Source: Clostridia bacterium
GTDB lineage: Bacteria > Bacillota > Clostridia > Oscillospirales > CAG-272
Reading direction: 5' to 3'
DNA: 64,000 nucleotides
Assembly (NCBI GenBank): GCA_017467105.1
Contig: JAFTSU010000002.1
Location: 40,588 to 104,587, forward strand
Positions 1-8,625 of this stretch are shown here, one piece after another. The position numbers were made by a program, and so were the translations under genes. Within the stretch, counting starts at the first letter, position 1; each line of letters starts with the position of its first letter. Below the pieces are notes generated by a model. It was not told the DNA's origin, ran no database searches, and saw only the letters and a program-made list of their open reading frames with translations.

Positions 1-315
1 GTCATCGTTTTCGTTAGGTCTGCGTACGGAGTAGAAATTCTTCTTTCCGTCCTTATCGTAGTACAGAACGTCAAGCGACTGTATGTCATCCTGATTGAAG
101 TTAGGATAAGCTATGGGATAGCTGCCGTAGAGAGCCTCTCCGTCTATTATCGTCGGAAGAGTCTCCGCGTCTTCTCCCTTTTCCTCGGCTGCCTTAAGCG
201 CGCCGACGATTGCGTTAACAGATGCGTATGCAATGATCAGAAAAACAAGCACAGAGGCGGATAAGATGATGTGAAAATGCTTTTTTTGTAAACTATTCTT
301 TCTATTTTTTATCAT
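1..315 (-). CDS. Membrane-anchored protein, N-terminal part only (runs off the window edge). Tail gene of the GldG/ABC operon, possibly DUF4340-like.
   Basis: ATG at 315 on the minus strand reads MIKNRKNSLQKKHFHIILSASVLVFLIIAYASV... with one N-terminal TM helix. The frame stays open to position 1. It lies directly downstream of two GldG-like genes. It is not in the ORF track because it is truncated. Confidence 0.4.
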   Translation of the reverse strand, partial: MIKNRKNSLQKKHFHIILSASVLVFLIIAYASVNAIVGALKAAEEKGEDAETLPTIIDGEALYGSYPIAYPNFNQDDIQSLDVLYYDKDGKKNFYSVRRPNENDD

Positions 316-327
316 TTTCGCACCTCC

Positions 328-2019
328 TTACTTATATTTGCGTTTTACGCGAACAACTATTCCTACTGTTGCTATTGCGGTGGGTACCAGCATAACCAGC
401 ACAGTAAGGAAGGTTTTGTCGCCGGAGGTGAGACCCCACTTAACTATCTCGTCGCGACCCGTTGCGGAGTTGTACTTCGTGGTTGCGGTCGCGCTTATAG
501 CGGTGTTTACAAACGGCTTTCCGCCAAGCTTATCGGAGTTCAAGGACGTGCCTCCCAGCTCCAGAGAAGCGTGCTCGTCAATTCTGGAAATATTCTCGAC
601 GAGAGCGGACATTATATCGTAGTTCGCGTATGAGGCATTACCGAGAATTTCGTTAGAGAACGCGTCCGCGCTGGGCGAGCAGAAGAGATAAGAATACTTA
701 TATTCGGAGGTCTTGTTGTTTATCTCCATTCTCGTGGTCACTCCCGCAATATCCATTCTACCGGAGTGGTAGGCGTCGTACTCTATCTCAGAGTAGTTGC
801 CGCCGGCGCCCTTGGCGTATGCCTTCGCTACGTCAGAGGAGTAGAAGAAGGGAGCGTAGTTTCTGTTGGTCACAACGCTGCCGGGCTCATTGGTGCTCAT
901 ACCGGGACCAAAGGAGCAGCTTATATATCCGGTATTCTGAAATACCATAGCGGGAGCGGAGGGCAAGGTAGCGTAATCCTCGTAGATAGCCATACCGTAG
1001 CTCTCCTCGTCAGTATCGTAGATGCCGATGATCTTGCCGTACTCAACGGCAGTATCGGACATCATATAGTTTTCCATATCCTTGACTATGCTGTCGCTGA
1101 TATCAAAGCCCCACTCATAGAGGAAGCCGTCGAGAACGGGAGCGTTAAGGGTTGGATCCTTCGATACCATTATAGCGCCCTGATTCTTAACGAGATATCT
1201 GTCAAGCATCTCGGTCTCGGAGATATACTCTATCGAATCGATCTTGTCCGGATCGTACTTAAAGTCCTCTCTGGGATTATTGATGACGAGAAGCACGCAA
1301 TCCTCGGGAACGCCTTTAACCTCGGGATCTGAAAGGTCAAGGGTCTTTACCTCAAGACCTCTCTCGGTAAGAAGATCATAGATGGACTGCGCCGCCGCGT
1401 TTTCAACTCTGGAGGGGTCTTTCGCGTCGTAGTAGGTCTCGCCGTGGTTGGTAACGAAATACGCGGCAGGTCTGTTTACCTTAGTGACGGACATAATGAC
1501 CGATGCCATCTTATACTCACCGTTGAAGGAGTAGAGATTACCGTCGGTATCGTTCACCCAGAAGCTCTCCGTATTTACTACTCTGTATCTGTCGCCGTAG
1601 GAGACTATCATATCTCCGGACTCTATTTTAGACAGAGAGTTTGCCTTGTATTTTGACACGGCCGTAGGGTTATACGCCACGTTGACCGTATCTACCTCAA
1701 CGTTATCGTATATGGCGTCAAGACCCAGCGCAAGAAAATACGGAAGTCTTGTGGATCTTGACATAGTGAGGAAATCGGGATCAGTGCAGAAGGTTATCCT
1801 GACCTTTCCCTCCAGACCGTCGATAAAGGAGGTGTGCTCTTTCATTTCCGGGGATACGGTGTAGAGCTCCTCGGGCGTCATATCCACAAACAGAAGCCCG
1901 GGCACACCGAAGTAGGTGACGAGAAGATTAAGCCCTATTATAAGAGCCAGAGCGACCGCCGTCACAACGGCGAGTGTGCCTTTTCCCATCCTTCCCCTTA
2001 TAAACTGTTTTATTTTCAT
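328..2019 (-). CDS. GldG-like ABC-transporter auxiliary protein (ABC_transp_aux type)
   Basis: 563-aa ORF with N- and C-terminal TM anchors and a large extracytoplasmic body. It lies in an operon downstream of an ABC-2 permease and ATPase. It is a paralogue of the next gene. Confidence 0.6.
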   Translation of the reverse strand: MKIKQFIRGRMGKGTLAVVTAVALALIIGLNLLVTYFGVPGLLFVDMTPEELYTVSPEMKEHTSFIDGLEGKVRITFCTDPDFLTMSRSTRLPYFLALGLDAIYDNVEVDTVNVAYNPTAVSKYKANSLSKIESGDMIVSYGDRYRVVNTESFWVNDTDGNLYSFNGEYKMASVIMSVTKVNRPAAYFVTNHGETYYDAKDPSRVENAAAQSIYDLLTERGLEVKTLDLSDPEVKGVPEDCVLLVINNPREDFKYDPDKIDSIEYISETEMLDRYLVKNQGAIMVSKDPTLNAPVLDGFLYEWGFDISDSIVKDMENYMMSDTAVEYGKIIGIYDTDEESYGMAIYEDYATLPSAPAMVFQNTGYISCSFGPGMSTNEPGSVVTNRNYAPFFYSSDVAKAYAKGAGGNYSEIEYDAYHSGRMDIAGVTTRMEINNKTSEYKYSYLFCSPSADAFSNEILGNASYANYDIMSALVENISRIDEHASLELGGTSLNSDKLGGKPFVNTAISATATTKYNSATGRDEIVKWGLTSGDKTFLTVLVMLVPTAIATVGIVVRVKRKYK

Positions 2020-2024
2020 TCGAA

Positions 2025-3542
2025 TTACCTGTTCTTTCTTCTGATAAGCACCACAGCTCCGACAACCGCAACGGCGGCGGGAATAACTAACAGAGCGGCG
2101 GTATACAGCTTTGCTGTACCCATAGTAAGATTTTCAAGCAGCAGACTGTCGTAAACTATGCTGTTGCAGCCATATGGCATATCGCCCATACCGTAGAACA
2201 CGTCAAAGACCGAGAAAAGAAAGTCCTTGTTTGCGTAGCCGTTTGTTACCATTGCGTCAGTCGCCGTAAGATAAATACTTGGGATAAAGAACAGCCTTGC
2301 GGTTTTTCCCGTCTCGCCGGTAAGCTCCGAGTAAGCCGCTATGGTATACGAGCCGGAGCTGTCAGACACCTGTCCGCCTGAATGACATACGGACGAGGAT
2401 GACGTCTCGAGAAGGGATTTTGCGGCACCGGTAACGTTCAGAGGAGACACGTCACGGAGTATTACTCTGCCGCCAAGATCAGAGAGCTTATCCTTTACCT
2501 TGTTGCCTATATAGGTGTCGGAATATTCCGCGACTATGGTATAGCCATCCGTGGTTATACCGTTGTCCACGTCCTTGACGGTCTGCATCTCTCCGTTCTC
2601 CGTGGTTTTGAGAGATATTCCGTACTCTCCGATAAACTCGTACAGAGCGTAAAGGCGCGTAGCATACGAGTCCAGAGTTACGAAGACCGAGCCGCCGTTG
2701 TCTCTGTAATGGCGAAGCTTGTCGAGCTCGCTCTTCACAGACGAGCCCTCTTCAAAATCGTTCACGGGGTTTGACACGACTACAAGCTCTGCGTCCTCAG
2801 GCACGGCAAGCACCTTGCTGTCGCGGAGATTCAGAGTATCTACGTAGTAGCCCGCGGCGGTCAGAACGTTGTAGAGCGACGCGCTGGCTGTTTCGCCGTG
2901 GCCTACCGTGAAGTATGCGGTGCCGTGCTTTTCCGTAAGCACCCAGGACACCATAGAGGCGAATACCTCCTCGCCGTTATACGAGGTTACGGAGAGGGAT
3001 GAATCAAGGGTGTAAAAGTCGGAGAAGCCAATCTTCGTCACACCGTCAGTCACCACTCTGTAGCTCGTATCGGTAGAAAAAATTACGGAGTGGGGCTTGA
3101 TTAGGGTAGGATTTCCCTTGACGTCCTTCTTGTATATCTCAAGCTCCTCGGAAACGTCGTTTCCGTCAGCGTCGGACATTCTGTATATGTTGATGAATCT
3201 GAGAGAAATAAGCTCCGGATACTTCTCCTCAAATTTTTTCGCAGTATTGTAAACGTACTCGCCGGTAGAGTGATTCTTCACGTCGGTCTCGTCCATACAG
3301 AAGGTGACAGTCACCTTCTTGCCAAGTCTGCCGGAGGCATCCGTAAACTTCTCCCTGAAGGTGTCGCTGATGCTGAAGTCCACCTGCTCCGGTACGTAGA
3401 AATACAGCTTGAAATAATCGCTGAGCGTATAGCAGATAATATTAATAAACACCACTGCCGCGATCAACAATGCAACCAGAAGTCCGGATGCAAAATTACG
3501 CCCACGCAGCACAGATGTAAGCTTTTGTTTGAAATTTCCCAT
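2025..3542 (-). CDS. GldG-like ABC-transporter auxiliary protein (second copy)
   Basis: 505-aa ORF with the same N-TM / C-TM architecture. RBS AAAGGA lies 9 nt upstream of the ATG. There is a 5-nt gap to the next gene. Confidence 0.6.
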   Translation of the reverse strand: MGNFKQKLTSVLRGRNFASGLLVALLIAAVVFINIICYTLSDYFKLYFYVPEQVDFSISDTFREKFTDASGRLGKKVTVTFCMDETDVKNHSTGEYVYNTAKKFEEKYPELISLRFINIYRMSDADGNDVSEELEIYKKDVKGNPTLIKPHSVIFSTDTSYRVVTDGVTKIGFSDFYTLDSSLSVTSYNGEEVFASMVSWVLTEKHGTAYFTVGHGETASASLYNVLTAAGYYVDTLNLRDSKVLAVPEDAELVVVSNPVNDFEEGSSVKSELDKLRHYRDNGGSVFVTLDSYATRLYALYEFIGEYGISLKTTENGEMQTVKDVDNGITTDGYTIVAEYSDTYIGNKVKDKLSDLGGRVILRDVSPLNVTGAAKSLLETSSSSVCHSGGQVSDSSGSYTIAAYSELTGETGKTARLFFIPSIYLTATDAMVTNGYANKDFLFSVFDVFYGMGDMPYGCNSIVYDSLLLENLTMGTAKLYTAALLVIPAAVAVVGAVVLIRRKNR

Positions 3543-3574
3543 TTTTTTGTTCCTTTACTTCGGTCTATCGCGTA

Positions 3575-4282
3575 TCAGTTATATCTTCTGCGGTCGTATA
3601 CACGAATAGTGAAATATACGAAGAGCGCAGAAACCGACAGGTAATATATGAAGGAGGACAGCTCAAAATATCCGTTTGTAAAGCTCTGGAATCTGGTGAA
3701 GACGGAGAGAGCCTCTACTACGAATCTGAACCAATAGTTTGCGGGAACGAGAGAGGATATCATGCCCACTCCCATAAACACGAGTATAATAGCTATCGTG
3801 CCGATAGCGGCAGAGAGCTGGTTTTCCGTCAGGGCGGAAACGAAAAGTCCGATGGTGATGAACACCATACCTACGAGAAGCAGCGCGATAATATTTCCAA
3901 CGAGTACCGAGATCTTTATAGTAGCGTAAGGTATAAGCAGAAGGAAATACAGAGATGAGAATATCAGAGCCGCCGCGTAAACGGTATATGAAGCGAGGAA
4001 TTTGCCGATAACCATAGAGGGTATGGACACGGGAGAGGTGAGCAGCAGCTGCTCAGTCTTCATCTTTCTCTCCTCGCTGAAGGATTTCATCGTCAGAACG
4101 GGAAGTATGATAGCTGAGAAAAGAAGCATTATCGTAAAATACGCCGTTGAGTCAGCGGACATAGAAAACAGGGTGGTGTATGCGAATATCACACCTGCCA
4201 CGGCAAGATACAGCACGAGGAACACGTAACCGATCACACCGGTGAAGTATCCCCGCATTTCTCTCTTATAAATCGCAAGCAT
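3575..4282 (-). CDS. ABC-2 type transporter permease (GldF-like)
   Basis: 235-aa polytopic membrane ORF beginning MLAIYKREMRGYF. A strong RBS (AAGGAGG) overlaps the end of the ATPase gene. Confidence 0.75.
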   Translation of the reverse strand: MLAIYKREMRGYFTGVIGYVFLVLYLAVAGVIFAYTTLFSMSADSTAYFTIMLLFSAIILPVLTMKSFSEERKMKTEQLLLTSPVSIPSMVIGKFLASYTVYAAALIFSSLYFLLLIPYATIKISVLVGNIIALLLVGMVFITIGLFVSALTENQLSAAIGTIAIILVFMGVGMISSLVPANYWFRFVVEALSVFTRFQSFTNGYFELSSFIYYLSVSALFVYFTIRVYDRRRYN

Positions 4283-4295
4283 TATCTATACCTCC

Positions 4296-5258
4296 TTATC
4301 TCGTTCTGCCGCCTAGGATCTTACGATCGGAGCGGTCCACGAGTCTAATAAATATCGATTCAAGATCTGTGCCCGTAGGCGCAAGACCTATCATAGGCCA
4401 GTTGTTCTGCGCGCACACGTTAAAAATAGCGCGACGCACGTCGGTGCTGCCCATTGTTTCCACGACGTAAATTCCGGCGTCACCGTCCTTGGTGCCGGTG
4501 GGCTCAACGCTCTTCACGCCGCTGATCTTCTTCAGAGCGGATATGACCTGACCCGTAGGACCGGATACTCTCACCTCATAGTGATAGCCGTCCTCTATGG
4601 TCTTGGTAAGATCCTCCGTGCGCTCGTCGGCGATGATCTTGCCCTTATTGATGATGATAACCCTCTCACACACCGCCTGGACCTCGGCGAGAATATGTGT
4701 GGAAAGAATTACCGTATGTCTCTGTCCGAGATTACGGATAAGGTTTCTGACCTCGAGTATCTGCTTCGGGTCAAGGCCTACGGTGGGCTCGTCGAAGATA
4801 ATCACCTTAGGGTCGCCGACCAGAGCCTGCGCGATTCCTACGCGCTGTCTGTAGCCCTTGGAGAGATTGCGGATGAGCCTGTCCTTCACGTCGGTAAGCT
4901 TAACGACGGAGAGTATCTCACCGAGGTGTCCCTCTCTGTCAAGCTTCACGCTCTTAAGCTCGTATACGAAATTCAGATACTCAAGCACCGTCATATCGGG
5001 ATATACGGGAGGCTGCTCGGGAAGAAAGCCTATGTATTTCTTTGCCTCGATCGGATCGTCGAGAATGTTGATCCCGTTTACGTACGCCGCGCCGGAGGTG
5101 GATGAGAGATAACCCGTAAGGATGTTCATCGCTGTGCTTTTGCCTGCGCCGTTAGGACCTAAGAGGCCTACTACCTCTCCCTCTCCTATTTCAAAGCTCA
5201 CGTCGTTCAACGCGTAATTTGAGCCGTATCTTTTTACAAGATTTTCTACTTTTACCAT
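4296..5258 (-). CDS. ABC transporter ATP-binding protein (GldA-like)
   Basis: Walker A GPNGAGKST, signature LSKGYRQR and Walker B IIFDEPTVGLD are present. The start is moved to MVKVENL (ATG 5258), which has GGAAAGG upstream. The ORF track extends to 5312. Confidence 0.9.
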   Translation of the reverse strand: MVKVENLVKRYGSNYALNDVSFEIGEGEVVGLLGPNGAGKSTAMNILTGYLSSTSGAAYVNGINILDDPIEAKKYIGFLPEQPPVYPDMTVLEYLNFVYELKSVKLDREGHLGEILSVVKLTDVKDRLIRNLSKGYRQRVGIAQALVGDPKVIIFDEPTVGLDPKQILEVRNLIRNLGQRHTVILSTHILAEVQAVCERVIIINKGKIIADERTEDLTKTIEDGYHYEVRVSGPTGQVISALKKISGVKSVEPTGTKDGDAGIYVVETMGSTDVRRAIFNVCAQNNWPMIGLAPTGTDLESIFIRLVDRSDRKILGGRTR

Positions 5259-5503
5259 AATTTTACCTTTCCGGGATACAGACGGTATCCCCGATGATAG
5301 CATTTTAGTCACTTTAATATAATAACATATAATTTTAAATAAAGTGTTAACGAATGAGCAAATTTTGAGTCTGAACTATAAATAATTTCCGTATTCCCTA
5401 TTAATTTTTCTTTTTTTCCTTCTTTTCTCTCAACCTGCGGTCATTACATCCCATAAGCCTTGCGGCGATCCGGTAACATTTTTCGGTTAATCGGAAAAAC
5501 GGC

Positions 5504-5532
5504 TTGACTTTTATCCGAAAGTGGTATATAAT
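5504..5532 (+). promoter_or_regulatory. Sigma-A type promoter of T-box leader 1
   Basis: TTGACT (5504-5509), 17-nt spacer, TATAAT (5527-5532). Confidence 0.6.
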
Positions 5533-5538
5533 ACTCCC

Positions 5539-5792
5539 GTAAACCGATGATGGAGAGTAGTAATCGCAGCCGTCACTCATTACAGAGAGCCGCGGAGCTG
5601 GGATGCGGTATGAGAGGTGCGACGAATGGACTCCTGAGGGCGAACCGAAAGCTTGGCGAGTAGGCTTCGACGGAGAGCAGCCGTTATCTATGCAACGCAT
5701 TTCGTGCGTGAGGAGGCTTATGCCTCGAACTTGGGTGGCACCGCGATAATTTCGCCCCGAGCAGTTTTTACTGCTTCGGGCTTTTTGTTTTT
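5539..5792 (+). promoter_or_regulatory. T-box riboswitch leader, tryptophan specifier (UGG)
   Basis: Specifier-loop context GAA-UGG-A with UGG at 5627-5629. T-box motif TTGGGTGGCACCGCG at 5731-5745. Terminator hairpin at 5753-5781 followed by a U tract. It is a paralogue of the leader at 20210-20465. Confidence 0.85.
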
Positions 5793-6066
5793 TCGCTCCT
5801 CCCGAACGGCAGAATATTGAGCTTGACTATAGTGAAGCGCAGCGCTTCCCGGCGGATCTGCCGTCTGAACCGATCGGTCCTCCCACACCGTATTCACACC
5901 CTGATATTTTGGGACGTACATACTGCGAACGAATGGGAGTGACTTCGGTTACAGCGGCAGAATCATAAGCCTTAAACCGATATCTCGATCCGATAATATG
6001 TAGATCGCCTCGGTCAGAAAACGGTGAATATTCAGGCAAAAAAACGCAAAAGTAGGATAACGTGTT

Positions 6067-7074
6067 ATGAAAATTCTGTTCGGCAAGTATAAGAATTGCT
6101 ATAAGGCAAACCTGCATTGCCACTCCACCTGCTCCGACGGAACGAAAACCCCGGAGGAACTGAAGGAGGCGTATAAATCACGCGGATACTCGGTTATCGC
6201 ATACACCGATCACGAGCATATAATCGCTCATCCCGAGCTGTGTGACAGCGACTTCGTAGCTATCTCCGCATGCGAGCTTGCCATCAAGGAATTTCCGGAG
6301 GAATCCACTCTGGTGAACAAGACCATGAAGGTCACTCATATCAATCTCTATGCCAAGGAGATAGACAACACCGTAACGCCCTGCTACTCCACCGTACAGG
6401 ACCATTTTAAGCGGGAGATGCTTCAGCATCTGATAAGGAAGGACGGAGAGTACAGTCGTAAATACTCGCCCGAGTGCATCAACGAAATGATAAGAATCGC
6501 TCACTCTCGGGGCTTCTTAGTTTCATATAATCACGCAAATTGGTCACTTGAGACCGCGGAGGATTATCTGAAATACGATGGCTTTGACTTCGTGGAGATA
6601 TACAATCACGGCTGTGTTGTGGATGGATACCAGGATGACGAGCACGTTTACTCAGATATGCTGATGCAGGGCAAGAGAGTTATGCCCACCGCCACCGACG
6701 ATAACCATAACAGACGAGATATTTTCGATCCCACGGGAGACTCCTTCGGCGGCTTCGTTATGATAAACGCGGACACACTTGACTACGGTAGCATCATAGA
6801 GGCGCTTGAGCGCGGAGAATTCTATGCATCCACGGGCGCGTATATCTATTCGATCACGAGGGACGGCGACACCGTCACCGTTAAAGCATCTCCGTCAAGC
6901 AAGATCGTTCTGCGCTACTCCCACAGAATTGTAAAGGCTGTGTATGATCCGGACGGAAATATGACGGAGGCGACCTTCACTCTACCGAGAGCTGATATGG
7001 ACTTTCGAATAACGGTACACGGCAGAAACGGCGAGAAGGCGTATTCTCAGTATTACAGAAGCCGCGAGGCGTAA
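6067..7074 (+). CDS. PHP-domain metal-dependent phosphoesterase (TrpH/YciV-like N-terminus)
   Basis: 335-aa ORF. The N-terminal motif NLHCHSTCSDG followed by YTDHEH is typical of the PHP fold. Confidence 0.7.
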   Translation: MKILFGKYKNCYKANLHCHSTCSDGTKTPEELKEAYKSRGYSVIAYTDHEHIIAHPELCDSDFVAISACELAIKEFPEESTLVNKTMKVTHINLYAKEIDNTVTPCYSTVQDHFKREMLQHLIRKDGEYSRKYSPECINEMIRIAHSRGFLVSYNHANWSLETAEDYLKYDGFDFVEIYNHGCVVDGYQDDEHVYSDMLMQGKRVMPTATDDNHNRRDIFDPTGDSFGGFVMINADTLDYGSIIEALERGEFYASTGAYIYSITRDGDTVTVKASPSSKIVLRYSHRIVKAVYDPDGNMTEATFTLPRADMDFRITVHGRNGEKAYSQYYRSREA

Positions 7075-7150
7075 ATACGGTCTATTAAATCTTTTGTTAC
7101 AAAAAATATAAATCCGTAAATCCATAGGTAAAATCAGGAATAATTATAAC

Positions 7151-7165
7151 AATTATTTACATTTT
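7151..7165 (+). repeat. AATTATTTACATTTT 15-mer, exact copy
   Basis: Intergenic, downstream of the + strand PHP gene. The 20-mer ATAACAATTATTTACATTTT is identical to the one at 27331-27350. Confidence 0.8.
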
Positions 7166-7217
7166 CCTTGTTTTTAATACGATTCTACTATAATAACAAA
7201 TCTGAAAGGACGATATT

Positions 7218-8213
7218 ATGATACAGGATAAAAAGGTTGTATTTTCCGGCGTTCAGCCGTCGGGAAATCTGACTATAGGAAACTATCTCGGAGCGATCAA
7301 AAACTTTTCTCGCTTCTCCGACGAGTACAAAACCTTCTATTGCGTTGTTGACCTTCACGCCATAACGGTAAGACAGGTTCCCGCTGATCTGCGCCGCCGC
7401 ACCTACGAAACGCTGGCGCTCTATATGGCGTGCGGCTTGGATGAAAAGAAGAACACGCTCTTCGTTCAGTCTCACGTACCCGCGCACGCTGAGCTTGGCT
7501 GGATGCTTGACTGCTACACGATGTTCGGTGAGCTCTCCCGCATGACGCAGTTCAAGGATAAAAGTCAGAAGCATGCGGAAAACATCAACGCAGGTCTGTT
7601 CACTTATCCCGCTCTTATGGCGGCGGATATCCTTCTCTACCAGACGGATCTGGTTCCCGTGGGCATTGATCAGAAGCAACATCTGGAGCTGACCCGTGAC
7701 GTAGCAATGAGATTTAATCAGGCATACGGCGATACCTTCGCTATCCCCGAGGGATATATTCCTACGGATACAATGAAAATCATGTCTCTGACCGAGCCTA
7801 CCTCAAAAATGTCAAAGTCCGATGAAAATCAGAATGCTGTCGTTTATATACTTGACTCCAAGGACGATATAATCCGCAAATTTAAGAAGGCCGTTACCGA
7901 CTCTGAGGCATCCGTAAGATACGCTCCTGAAAAGCCGGGAGTATCCAATCTTATGACCATTTACCGCGCCTTCACCGGTAAGAGCCTTGAGGATATTGAG
8001 CGCGAGTTCGACGGTAAGGGATACGGAGAGTTCAAGCTCGCGGTCGGCGAGGCTTGCGCTGACGGTCTCGCACCCGTTCGCGATGAGTTCGCAAGGCTGA
8101 TGGCGGATAAGGCTCACCTTGAATCCGTTATGAAGGCAGGAGCTGACGAGGCGGCATACTACGCAAGACGCACCATGTCCAAGGTAAGACGCAAGATCGG
8201 ATTTGTAAATTAA
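7218..8213 (+). CDS. trpS: Tryptophan--tRNA ligase
   Basis: 331 aa. The N-terminus FSGVQPSGNLTIGNYLG and the KMSKS motif (SKMSKSD) are present. Confidence 0.93.
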   Translation: MIQDKKVVFSGVQPSGNLTIGNYLGAIKNFSRFSDEYKTFYCVVDLHAITVRQVPADLRRRTYETLALYMACGLDEKKNTLFVQSHVPAHAELGWMLDCYTMFGELSRMTQFKDKSQKHAENINAGLFTYPALMAADILLYQTDLVPVGIDQKQHLELTRDVAMRFNQAYGDTFAIPEGYIPTDTMKIMSLTEPTSKMSKSDENQNAVVYILDSKDDIIRKFKKAVTDSEASVRYAPEKPGVSNLMTIYRAFTGKSLEDIEREFDGKGYGEFKLAVGEACADGLAPVRDEFARLMADKAHLESVMKAGADEAAYYARRTMSKVRRKIGFVN

Positions 8214-8281
8214 CCGTCCCATTACTTTTACAATCATACTTATTAATATAATTACTTTTACTATTATAATCATATTTGATA

Positions 8282-8337
8282 AAACAAATCTTTACAGGTG
8301 TTTTAACCGGCATTATGTAAAGATTTGTTTTCGTTTT
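8282..8337 (+). terminator. Intrinsic terminator after trpS
   Basis: 15-bp stem AAACAAATCTTTACA / TGTAAAGATTTGTTT followed by a T-rich tail. Confidence 0.7.
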
Positions 8338-8537
8338 AAGCCATTTTTACTCTTTAAAGAAATAGTCATCCAAACGGTTTTTGTTATGCTTTGCTTTCCG
8401 TTTAGTTAAACATCCTCAAAAAAAAGCAAGCCGTTCTCCGCCCCACTTTGACCGTTAGGTAAACGTCATACATTCGCCCGATTCCAATATCAAGTAATAC
8501 AGGTCTTATTTTCCAAAAAATATTTTTATTAAACTTA

Positions 8538-8566
8538 TTGACTTTTTTGTATATATAATATATAAT
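8538..8566 (+). promoter_or_regulatory. Sigma-A type promoter of the citrate synthase operon
   Basis: TTGACT (8538-8543), 17-nt spacer, TATAAT (8561-8566). Confidence 0.55.
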
Positions 8567-8576
8567 AGAGCCATAA

Positions 8577-8596
8577 ATTGTATACAAGGATACAAT
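8577..8596 (+). promoter_or_regulatory. Candidate GntR-family operator (palindrome)
   Basis: TTGTATACAA (8578-8587) is a perfect 10-bp palindrome of the GT-N-AC type. It is nested in ATTGTAT-N6-ATACAAT. It lies just downstream of the -10, and a GntR/FCD regulator is encoded in the operon. Confidence 0.35.
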
Positions 8597-8625
8597 CTTA
8601 TTTCCATAAGAAAGGATCAGAAAAA

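Noticed and set aside
5401-5700. Two ORF-track entries, 5401-5700 (-) and 20304-20501 (+), encode similar peptides (MRCIDNGCSPSKPTRQAFGSPSGVHS and MRCADNGCPPSKPTCQAFGSPSKVHS). They looked like a duplicated small gene.
   Set aside because: Both lie antisense inside the two paralogous Trp T-box leaders. The similarity reflects conserved RNA sequence (T-box motif, Stem I), not a protein.
5860-5869. GCCGTCTGAA, identical to the Neisseria DNA uptake sequence.
   Set aside because: It is a single occurrence in a Firmicute-like genome and is most simply coincidence.
5793-6066. A second (tandem) T-box in the spacer, prompted by a CGAA-TGG-GAG string near 5930.
   Set aside because: There is no T-box 14-mer, no antiterminator/terminator pair and no Stem I GA motif. 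At most it is a decayed relic, so it is kept only as an unexplained spacer.
7156-7161. The TTTACA inside the 15-mer as a sigma-A -35 box, making the motif a shared promoter.
   Set aside because: No -10-like hexamer lies 16-18 nt downstream at any copy. Four copies lie in convergent intergenic regions with no gene to transcribe.
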